Shown here in pieces: positions 48,801-64,000 of a stretch of 64,000 nucleotides of DNA. The DNA is from the human T2T-CHM13v2.0 reference genome, Homo sapiens. The translations under genes and the position numbers were made by a program. The first letter of the stretch is position 1. Each line of letters starts with the position of its first letter. The notes under the pieces were generated by a model. That model worked only from the letters and a program-made list of their open reading frames with translations, made no database searches and was not told the origin of the DNA. The DNA lies in assembly GCF_009914755.1 (NCBI RefSeq), contig NC_060927.1; one strand, 5' to 3'.

Positions 48801-51189
48801 TCATAGACATAAACAGAGTTTCCTGCTACCTTGGTCCCCTGCCACGTGGGGCTCCAGAGCTTGCAGTAAATCTAGGGAGGCCAGGAGGGGCCCAAGAGGC
48901 CTCCAGCTGCCTCCCAACAACTGTAGGCAACACCTCCTAATTTAGTGGCAGCTGTGAACACCAGCCTGCAGGCACCCCCTCCTCTCTGCTGCTCTACTCT
49001 CTCAAGGGCTGGGGCTGGGTTTCCTGCTGCAATGAACATGCTGAAGCCCAAGCCCTGCTTAACTCACAGCTGAGGTGTCACCCACAGGACCAGGGGAGCT
49101 GAAGACCTCCCTCAAGGTCTGTTAAGAACAAGGGCCAAGCTTCTAGACCACCATCCAATTGCTTCAGGGGACCGGTCAAGGGGCTGCCCTGACTGAGCCT
49201 CCGGCTCGAGCTAAATCATGGTAGAAGTTCCTACAGCTGAATTTTGCCCATCTAATGAGGGAGTATTGTGGGGAGGTCTCTCCAGTTTTGGGGGTGGGCA
49301 TGCAGTCCAGTGCTACATCCCGAAAGTTTAGCTGTCAACATGCAGGCAAAGCCAAAGGCCAGCTGTCTCCTCCCAAGCACTTGGGGTCCAAATCTCTGAA
49401 CCCCTGAAGGAGAATCCACTGGAGGCTCTGCTTCCCTGTGGGTGGAGGAGGGGAAATGCAGAGGAAGGCACTAGAGTAAAGGGTTGCTATGGTGATGGAA
49501 GTTTTAAAACAAGGGGAGGGGGAGGGGAGATGTGTTGGTCAGGTCCCTTCTTCAAGAATTTCCTGAGACCTTAGCCTGGCTGCTTCTTCAAGGTTCTGTG
49601 ACCCAGGTCCCCATCAAGAAAGGGGAGGTGGGGAGATGGAGAGAATTTAGAAAAAAGAGAATGGGGCAGAGACACAGACAAAGACAGAACCTGTGATGGA
49701 AGAGGAGCAAGGAGATGACAAAGTAAAAGGGACACAGGCACAAAGGGCAGGAAAGGGGAGGTGGACGGGAGTTCTGAAGGGGGCGGATGGGTGCCCAGCA
49801 GAGCCCTAAGGCCTCCATGGCGATGTGCTCTAAATCCCTGGGCCAGGAGCTATCCATGGTACTGGGACCTTCGAGACTGCACCCTCCTGTATCCCCCAAA
49901 CATACACTGAACTTGGTGTAGGAGGCACAGCCAAAAGGAGGCCAGCTCCTTGGAGCATGTTGGTGGGGAAGAGGCCAGCTGCTGCAGCCCCCCAGTCAGG
50001 ACAGTTCCCAGCCCGTCTCTCTGCCATCACGGCAGCTTAGGTAAAGCAGGTCCAACATGTTGAAGGCAGACGCATAGGGGTATGGAAATGAGGCTCGGAT
50101 GCCTGGCTGCTTCCCTTTATAGTCCCTCTTCTCAGTTGGCCCAGCTGTACTTAGACCCTCCCAGCCAACCCCTCCCCCATCTGCTATCCTTTCCAGGCTT
50201 TGGGTCCCCAGAGCCCCTCTTACAGCTCTGCTTAATCCCCTCTCACCAACCCCCAACAGCAGATCCTGCCATGAGTGCCAGAAACGGCACCACAAGCAAC
50301 CCAGAAACAGGATAACCACACAGCCCTTCACCTCCCCATGCCTCAGTTTCCCCTAATGGAAACCATGGAATCTGGCCTTCTCCCAGGGCAGAGGACTGCT
50401 TGCCTGCCTGTGAATGGTGGCCAGGGCATGGGGCTGGAGAGTAGGGCCATCAGAGATATGTGAACAGCCAGCCTAGGAGAGCACCTGAAGGGTCCACACC
50501 AAATATTAGAAAAGGGAGACCCTTGCCCCACCCTGGAAACCAACCTGACTCTGAGTGGAGACACCAGTTCCCCAGTTGAGGAAACTGAGGCTCAGAAGTC
50601 GCTGGAGCTGCCAGGAATCAACTCTGAGGGTGGGGGAGGGCACCAGGTCTCTAAAGGTAGTCCTGGGGGCTCAAAGCCTGGACTTGGGGGTAAGGGGAGT
50701 ACAGCACAGGGACTGGACTACTGCAGACTCTGAGCTTTTAGTGTGGGACAGAGGGCCCTGATCCTTAGGAAGGAACCTGGTGGAGCAGGATCTGCCTGGG
50801 AGGTGCGGACAAAAGCAATTTGGCAGAGCTATGCGGGGAGGGGGCTGGGGCTCAAGAGCCCAGGGTCTCTGCCAAACAGTACAAGCTGGGGAAGGCAGAA
50901 GCTCATGCTGTCACTATCCCAGCCACCTCCAGCCAGGGGCCCTGCTCCCCACCGTGCTGCCACCCTGACCCCTTTCCCAAGTGCTGCTGGCTCGCCCCCG
51001 CTGGCACAGCAACACACATGCGGAAAGCACACGTGTGAGCACCAAGCCCCGCACCTCCCAGCAGGAACATGTGCGCCCCCACCCCCACCGTGCACGTGGG
51101 TCCATGCACTGGACCCCCAGCTGGCACCCAGGTGAAGGCTTGGAAGCTGAATTTTGGCTGGGGGGCTGCTGGTCCCCAGGGGCTTGGAG

Positions 51190-51960
51190 CTTCCTCCCCC
51201 ACCCCGCGGCAGCCCCGCCCAGCCCCCTCCGGGTTGTCGCCCATAAAGAACTCTCCGTTGTCATGGAAATTAGTGACTGCTAAGCGGGAGGGAAGGGGCC
51301 CGGGGACAGTTGGGAGGGGCTGGAGGCGGCTCTGGGAACGGGGAGGGACGGCTCAGCTCTCGGCCCCTATCCTCACGGGGGACCACGAATCTTCGAGGGT
51401 TAATCTTTTCACAATTCCGAGCCGCAGAAGCTTCCCCCCAGAACCCCCAAGCCGTCCGAGGTAATGGGGAACTTTAGCCCGACCCCGCACTCCCTCCCCC
51501 AAATCTGCAAAGCCCGCGCGCTCTGACCCCGCCAGGACCTCGAGCCCTCGCTGCGCCCCCGCGCACTCTGCATCCCGAACCTCGAGCCAGGGAAACAATC
51601 CCCCAAGGCCCCACAACCTGCGTTCGGGAAGCGCCCCCAGCCCGGCCCGCCCCGCACCTGCAGCGCCGGTTGGTCACAGGGAGGAAGTGATCGCGGGCTC
51701 AGCGGGGCGCCGAGGGCTCCGGGGACGGCGGGCAGAATCCGCTCCGAGCACGCGGGGCAGACGCGGCGCCAGATGCAGCCGCTTCGGCTAGCGAACCTCC
51801 AGCATCGCCAGCCGCTTGCCGGCACCGGATTCGCACCCCGGGCCGGGGGCGGGCTGGGGGCGGGGCCTCCCAACCGGCCCCGCCCCGACCCTGGCGGAGC
51901 CTTAAGGGCAGAATCCCACTGGAGAGCAGGAGCGCGCGGGATGGCAGCGGTGCTGGTGAG
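51190..51960 (-). promoter_or_regulatory. CAMKV: CAMKV CpG-island promoter
   Basis: High GC and CpG; GC boxes at about 51845-51890. Confidence 0.85.
51658..51820 (-). other. CAMKV: CAMKV non-coding exon 1 (5' boundary approximate)
   Basis: In CpG island; donor CAG|GTGCGG at 51657; GC boxes immediately upstream. Confidence 0.75.
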
Positions 51961-52217
51961 CACTGGCCTGCTTAGCCCTGGCCAAGGTTCTCAATGGCTC
52001 CCTTAGGCCCTCAGCCTGGGGCCGGAGGAGGCCTCCTATGCCCAATGTAAGGGGTGGTGAGTGGAGAGTTGGGGGAAAGCCTGAGTCCTGGAGCTGCATA
52101 GGATCGCTTGCCAGTCATTAGTCTCTAGGGAACGGGGCTTTGCCCAGCTCCCCGAACCCGACCCAAAAGGCAGGACCAACTTAGAAAAACCAGATGGGCA
52201 GTCGGGCTAGGGCAGGC

Positions 52218-52359
52218 TCCCCTAGCTAGGAGCAGTAAACACACAGAGGTGTGTGTTTGCAGGTAGTCAGTGTGGCATCCCCTAGCATCCCCTAGCTACG
52301 CATCCCCTAGCTAGGAGCAGTAAACACACAGAGGTGTGTGTTTGCAGGTAGTCAGTGTG
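52218..52359. repeat. Perfect 57-bp direct duplication with GCATCCCCTA filler
   Basis: Copies at 52218-52274 and 52303-52359 are identical. Confidence 0.92.
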
Positions 52360-55243
52360 AAAACAGTGAGGGCCCTAGACTGTAGTAGCAAAGTCTCCTA
52401 TCCCACCCCATCCCCAACTCCTGCAAGGCCAGAGTCTTTCCCAAACATAAGTACCAGCAAGGGTGGCAGCACAGTCAGCCCCTTCCTGTATGGCACCAAA
52501 TTTCCCAAACTATAAAAGTCACCTGTGACATGGTGTGGCCTCTGCTTTCTTTTCAGTCTAATCACTGTCAAACACTTCATGAGTTGTATCACTCTAGTGG
52601 CCTGGCCTGGGATATGGGGACACAGGAGAACTGTGGCACCAAGGTATCCCACCTGGCCTGGGTGCTAATCAGAGGGAGGAGGCTCAGAACCACCAGGAGG
52701 AAGCTTTAAAGGAAGTCCTTGGCCATTTCTCTGTCCCTTGTCAGTGAGGCTCACGGACCCAAAGCCTGACCCACACCCCTCACAAGCCCTGAGGACCATC
52801 CTAAGGCCAGTATCTGAAGACCAGACTCAGGCCTCTCAGTGTCTGGAGCTGGGTTTTATCCCACCTCACTCCTCCCAGTGAGCCTCCTGACCCTGCTGTG
52901 GGAGAGGGAGTTGGGGTCATCCCCAAACCCTCAGCCATCTTGAGGCTGCCCTGGCCACCCATGGCTGATGACAGGAGGGACTGTCCAAGTCCAGAAGCTG
53001 GGGCTGGGGCTCAGACTGAAGGCTAGCTTAGGAAATGACCGCCTCAAACAAGGTTCCTCAAAATTTTCCTCCAGAGGGGGTACTGAGCCCTTCACCTTCC
53101 TCCCTGGCTTGGTGTTACCTCCTCTAGGCCAGGCTGGTGCCACTTCTGGGGTCCCTGGGCTCTGAGTGGTCTCGGGTTATGGGACCCACCCCACCACTGG
53201 GTAGGAATCTCCTGGCAGGCTGGGTATCTGCAAGGCAGAACCCGTTTCTCATCTCAGTATGCTCGGCTGATGTCTGCAGAATGAATGAATGGCCTGGCAC
53301 TGAGTCCTTCCTGCCATCTGCCCACTATTCTTGAAACAATGGGTCTCTGAGTTTTATGGTGTAGCCAAGCTGTAGCTTGCTGACCCCACACATGCCACAT
53401 ACATGTTTTCTGTCTTTCCTGAGGGTCATGGCTATCCAGGCATGGGGGTCAATGAGAAGCTGGAATGGGGATTTTTAGGCAGGGGAAGGGGTGGCTCCTT
53501 AGCGCCCTGCCTGCTGCTGGCAGTACTCCACCTCTTCTTGGTCCTAAGCACGCTCTGTGCATGTGGGTGAGAGCACGTGGCAGGGTGTGTGTGCACACGT
53601 GTACGTGTTGTGTATGCTCTCTTTTGCCGAGGGAGATGCAACAGCACAGTGTATGCAGTGGTGCCCAGGGGCACGTGTGTCTGCATTCTTTGTGCACCCA
53701 GGCATGCTTGCTGGCACGTGTGTGTGGACGCTGTAGCTGGTCCCTGGAGTTATCAGTCCCCTTCCTGCCTGACACAAGTCTCAGGATTGTGGAGGCTGAA
53801 TCAGGCTTTGAGAGCTGGACATGGGAAGGGGGCTGGACCATGTCCAGCAGTGGGCAGGGTCTGTGCTGACCCTACATCATTGGCTGTTTTCAGGCTCCCC
53901 ACCAGAGCAGCCCCTTGATCTCTGGTGTATGTGAAGATAGACAAGTCTTTGCCATTTGTGGAGGGCAATCTGAAGACAAGAACCCAGGGCTAGGATTGAG
54001 CCATGGCTTATCCCTCAGCCCCTAGACAGGAAGGCACAGGCAGGGTAGGACCGGCTTCAATGTTTTGGCTTCAACCTCCAGCTGCCTTTCAGGCAGGAGA
54101 TAGTAACATCAGCTGAATGCCATCCTCTTAGCTCTTCCAGGGCAGGGACGGGACCAATGCTGAGCTTTGTTCTTACTTCCACTATTCAAAGCCAGACGGG
54201 GTCAGGGGACATGATTTCTCACCACTCCACTGGCCAGAGTGATGGCAGGAGGCCCTTTAGCACAGACCAGAGTTTGGAACAAGAGCAGAGGCAATCCAGA
54301 TTAGCATTGCCTAGTAGCCTTTATGAGGACCCTCCTAAGGAGGCCTGTACCCTGAAGACAGGGGCTGCCTGGGTTGGGAGGCTGAGGAGGAGAAGAGGGC
54401 CCAAGTTCGTAGTTCTGGCTCCCACCAAAGCTAGAAAGTCAGAGGGGCAGAATAAGGTGCGAGCCGCAGTATCCACAGAGCTTCATCCCCCAGCTCAGGT
54501 TGGGCCTCCTACCCAGGATCCAGGACTTATCTGTGCCCCCAACTCCCAGCCCTAGGGTGCCAAAGGCCGGCACTCCTATGCCCTTAGATTCTGGCTGGCT
54601 GATAGAAGCCCCTGCTAACCCAGCATAGCGCTCCAGCAAAGGTTCAGACTCTAGGAGGTACCTAGATTACCAGTGCAGCTCCCCAAGAAGCCTGAACTCT
54701 GACAGAACCCTCCCACCCCAGGCCCCCAGCCATCTTTGAAACTGCCTGACTGTTGTCCATGTTGCTTGGCTTCAGTCCCCAGAAGAGGGCCCACAATGGG
54801 GAAGGGCAAGCAGTCTTTTCCTCTGGAGCCAGGGGAGGGGGCTGCCCCCCGCCCCCCACCTTGTGACTCACTCCAGGCTGTGTGGGTTATTACATTATGT
54901 TTGAAATTGCCATGGCAACAAGCTGGCAATCAAGGGTAATTGCACTTGTCGTCAGGGCAACGGGGCAAAACCCACAGCAGCCACTGTCTGTGGTTGCCCT
55001 TGGGGTGCAGTAAAGGTCAGGCCAGATCAGAGCCAATGCCAGTCAAGGGGCTCCGGGGCTGTCTAGAAAGGGTAGGTTGCCAGGGCCCATGGAGTTCCAG
55101 AGTGCAGAGGCAGGGCATGCCTTGGGAGAGAGCCAGGGCCCCCATCCATGACCCCATGCCTGGACTCCTGCTTTTCCCACACCACCCTGTGGCTGAAACA
55201 TGCCACGGTGCTTAAAGAAAGCAGAACCAGAACTTTTATATGC

Positions 55244-59205
<3,962 letters not shown>

Positions 59206-60153
59206 AGTCCTCCTGCTCCATGCCCTAGGTGCCCTGCCCTCACTCCATTGCCATGGTGACCTTACACATCACAGCCCCCTGGGGATTGACTTGAAGATTC
59301 TGAGCAGAGGATCCACCCCCACCCCTGCTGCGCCCATCCCTAACCCTGCAGGATACTGGCCCTGGGCTTCAGGGACATGTGGCTCTGGGAAGGGGTGACA
59401 TCACAGTGACCTGGGGAGTGCCAGAGTGTAGGAAACCAGGGTCCCCATGCTCCTGAAGAATGGAGGCTTGCCCAGGGAACCTTAGGAGGCAGGGGGCCAG
59501 GGGACACCAGTGAAGTCAGTCAGCTGCAGGCCAGCCTCCCCTATCCTTCCCAGCCAGGTGCACATTCTGCCCAGGCTAGTCCCACAGTGAGGGCCAGGAA
59601 CTGTCAGGATAAGGCCAGAGGAAAAAGGTAGGCAGGGGAGACTCTGAGGAAGCCCCTGGCACAGAACCTTTGGATGGTGTGCAAAGTCCCTTCACCACTC
59701 AGCCCTGGGAGGCAGAAGTGGGTGAGGGACCCAAGCTCAGTCCCAAGCTCCCCTCCTTATGTTCCCCGGCTCCCGCTCCAGGGACAGCAGCTCCTTGGCA
59801 GTCTCTGCTGCTCCAGATGGTTCTCCTCTGCCTGTGCCTCATGGAGCCCCCTCCCCAGAGCCACATGTCCCTGAAGCCCAGGACCAGTATCCTGCAGGGG
59901 TAGGGATGGGGGTGGCAGGGGTGGGGGTGGGGCCTCTGCTCAGAATCCTCAAGTCAGAATTTCTAGCTCTTGTCACATTGTGTCAGCTTCATCTTGGCCA
60001 TAATGGGGGCAGAGCTCTGGGCACAGGGCTGCACCACAGCAGCCACAGGGCTAGCCAAGTGGCAATTACAGGATGGTAAGACCACAGTGGTCTCAGGGCT
60101 AGCCCCACAGTGGGGACATAGTGGGTGGAGGACTGAGTACACAGTGGGCATAG

Positions 60154-60559
<406 letters not shown>

Positions 60560-61202
60560 CCATTTCTTAAATAGAGAGAAAAAAAGGGGGGCAGGGAGGA
60601 GTGGAACCTGCCTGGAGCAGCAGCCTAGGCTCAGAGCTGCCCTATAGCCACAAGGACAGGCCTAGGCAACAGTTTGGAGAGCTGCACATTGCCACAGGCC
60701 CAGGTCTGGAGGTTCTAACCTGTGGTAGGGTCAGGCCCTCCTCCTTCCCACCAGATCTGAGCTCTGGGCCTCCTCCCTCTGTCTGGCAGGGCTGTGTTCT
60801 TTCAGGCCTCAGTCTTTCCACCCAGGAAACAGGTTTGTGGACAATATAACTGTAGGTTTGTTCTCTGAAACTGTTTTCACAGAGGTTAAAAATAGTGTTT
60901 ACAGTTGGCTGTGGGGTGTGAGGCTCTGTGACCAGGGACAAAAGTTAACACAAAGGTGCTGCATCTGCAGCTTGCTAACTTGGCACTGGGCACAGCCAGG
61001 CTCTGCCACATCTCAGGCCCCCTGGGCTCCCACCCCTCTTCCCTTGATGCTGCCTTTGGTTAAGAATGGGGACAGGGCCAGGTGTGGTGGCTCACGTCTG
61101 CAATCCCAATACTTTGGGAGGCCAAGACAGGAGGATTGCTTGAGCTCAGGAGTTTGAGACCAGCCTGGGCAATGAAGCGAGACCCCGTCTCTATAAAAAT
61201 AA

Positions 61203-61421
<219 letters not shown>

Positions 61422-62967
61422 TGACCTCAGGTGATCCCTCTGCCTCAGCCTCCCAAAGTGCTAGGATTAAAAATGATTTTTTTTAAAAAGTTAAAAAAGA
61501 GTGGAAACCGATAGCTCTGGACACCAAGGGGGAGCTGCTCATCCTCTCATGCGAACGTCCAAAGCCCAAGGGTCTGCCTGTGCATATGTGTGCCTACATT
61601 CATGTACACACATACTTGCTGCCCACTATTAATGTCATTAATCTTTGGCTTAAGCAAGCTAGTTTTCTGTTTACAACAGAGATGCTAGTAACAGCCTCTA
61701 GTGCCTGTGCAGCATTTGAGCTGGACTGTGCCTTGGAGGGTTGGAGAGGCATGGAGAGAGGTCCTGAGAGCCTCTGGCCTGTCTCACCACTGAGCCATCG
61801 TCCACCTCCTGCAGAGGTGGGGCATAACACTCCTTTCCAGAACTGTGGTCCTTTGTAAACAACTGGCCTGAGGTCTCCTGGGGGAAGGGAGCAGAACTGG
61901 CTGAAGCGTCTAGCCCATGAAAGAAGGCCCAAAGGAAGCAGCCAGGATAGAGAAGGCCCTTATTTTTATTTTCATTTTTAGAAGCAAGGTCTCACTCTGT
62001 TGCCCAGGCTGGAGTGCAGTGGCATTATCATTGCTCACTGCAGCCTTGAACTCCTGGGCTCAAACAATCCTCACCACTCAGCCTTCTGAGTAGCTGGGAT
62101 AGTGTGAGCCACCACACCTGGCTAATTTTTTTTTTTTTTTTTAATAGAGAAGGGTTCTCACTTTGTTGCCTAGGCTGGTCTCAAACTCCTGGCTTCCTCC
62201 CACCTTGGCCTCCCAAAGTGCTGGGATTACAAGCATGGGCCACCATGTCTGGCTGCAAAGGTCCTTATAGCAAACACCCCTTATAGTAATAATAACAATA
62301 ACTGATATTGATGGGGTCCTTCCTCTGTGCCAGCACAACGTGGAGCACTCACAACCCAGACTCACAGCAATTCAATGAGCTGGGCACTGTCATACCTCAT
62401 TTTACAAATAAGGAAATCAAGGCAAGGAAAGAAAGGGAGAGAGGTCTGTCTCAGCTAGTGTGTAGTGGAGCCAGAATCTGAAGCCAGGCCACCAGGCTCT
62501 GGATTCATACTTCAGGATCCTGTGTTGCCACCACTGGGTGCCATGCTCAGGGCCAGGCAGTCACAGACCCTGCTGGAGGGGAGCTAAAATGACTCCATTG
62601 TGGGTTCTGCAGCAGCAAGCCCTACACCCAAGCTGGGTCCTGCATGGACCTGCTCCTCCTCCTGATAGCTTATCAGGTAGCTCAAGCCTGAGAGGAGGCC
62701 CTTCCAGGAACCTGGTGGTGCTGAGTATGGGCCAGACTGAATCCTTCGTATTCAGAATTCTTAGCTGGCCAAAGCCTGCTCATCTCATCCAGCTGGGGAG
62801 AGGAGCAGCAGGGCAAATAAAGAGGCTTTCAGGCTGGGTCCCTTCTTCCCAGCCCCTAGGGATAGCGCCCCTCGGCCCCTCCCCCAACATGTTTTTAAAT
62901 AGTGTCTCACCAGGAAGAAGGGCGTCCAATTCTATTTCTGAATCTGGGAAGTGAGGAGGGCCAACGT

Positions 62968-62981
62968 GTTGCCATGGCAAC
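62968..62981. promoter_or_regulatory. Perfect palindromic RFX X-box GTTGCCATGGCAAC
   Basis: Exact match to the 14-bp RFX consensus. Confidence 0.75.
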
Positions 62982-64000
62982 CTGGAGAGCCCCTCCCCCA
63001 GACTGAGCCCATTCCCCAGGCTGAGGGCTGTGGGGTGGGAGGGAGGTGGCAAGGAGGAGCTGGGAGGAGCTTAGTCTGTGGATGAGGCCAGATGGCGTCC
63101 CTGTGAGGGCAAGTCCTGCATGACCTTCTCCTCACACTTCACCTCACCCCTCTAGGCAGGCTTGCTAGGAAGGCCCCAACCTCTGCAGAGAGGGTCAAGG
63201 GTCAAATCACTGTGAGAAACCCTTCTCCCCTGTGGATCAGGCTGGAACCCTCCCACTTAGGAGGTCTTGAGGATAGTAGAGAGGTGGCAAGAAGGGCGTC
63301 AAGGGGAGAGGCACAGCGCCACACCCTATTAGGAGCTCTACAGCTGGCTCCCACACCTGCTTCAATACAGACCTATTTTCGGCTCCCTTGTGTTCTCAGG
63401 AGGCAGCTAGCTTTGTCAAGCCCCTGGCCTTGCACCCGTCCGGTCTGCCTGCCTTCTACTGCATTGGGAAGGGTCTGGACATCTCCAAAAGCTAGGATCA
63501 GAAAGAGCCTTAAAGGACTCCCAGTGCAGCCCTTCACTTGATAATGGAGCAAAAAGGGAGGCATGTTTCCCCACGGGTTCGCACCCCAGCCACTGTCCAG
63601 GGGTTCATACATCAGCCCTTCTACCCCAGAGGTGACAGATGGGTAGCATTTAGATCTGCAGAGGGAGGGCATTCCCCTCCCTCTTGAGCACAGCTCAAGC
63701 AAAGGCAGGCTTCTGAACAGACTCAAAGGTATCTTGATTCAACCCTCTCTTGGTGCTGATGGGAAGCTGAGGCCCCCCAAGGAGGAAGGAATGCACTCTT
63801 GGTCTCCTAGCTCTATGGCCCACACTCCTTACCTTCCTCTCCTTACCTTCCTCCCTGGAGCTATCCAAGTGACCTGTGAACCCTAGACCTAGACCTCCTG
63901 CTTCCCTGACATTTCTCCTGGCCAGGATACACCCATTCCACAGAGGCAGGACTATGATTAAAGGAGCTGGCACCTCCTGCTCCATGGCCCCCCTGTCTGA

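Overview
Human (primate) genomic DNA, recognisable as 3p21.31 from its encoded proteins. Three loci lie in tandem on the minus strand. (1) The complete TRAIP gene: 15 coding exons reconstructed by hand, 1410 nt = 469 aa, with a U12-type final intron. (2) The complete CAMKV pseudokinase gene: non-coding exon 1 plus 10 coding exons, 1506 nt = 501 aa, one GC-AG intron and a 7SL pseudogene in intron 1. (3) The actin-like pseudogene ACTL11P (55244-59205). The remainder is Alu/L1-dense. Most notable: ACTL11P is far more intact than a long-dead gene should be. Its AluSp insertion sits inside a strong, phase-matched GT-AG intron (58172-58556) whose removal restores the frame, leaving only one frameshift and one nonsense codon in about 1200 codons, and RFX/CRE-like motifs survive upstream. 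Other leads: a recursive-splice-like AG|GTAAG next to the TRAIP U12 intron, a duplicated 48-bp POU/hairpin element and a candidate RE1 site in CAMKV intron 1, a perfect hairpin-containing tandem duplication upstream of CAMKV, an inverted Alu+L1 duplication 16.5 kb apart, and stop-free in-frame introns. All coordinates were derived by eye. Repeat subfamily calls and all functional claims are unverified.
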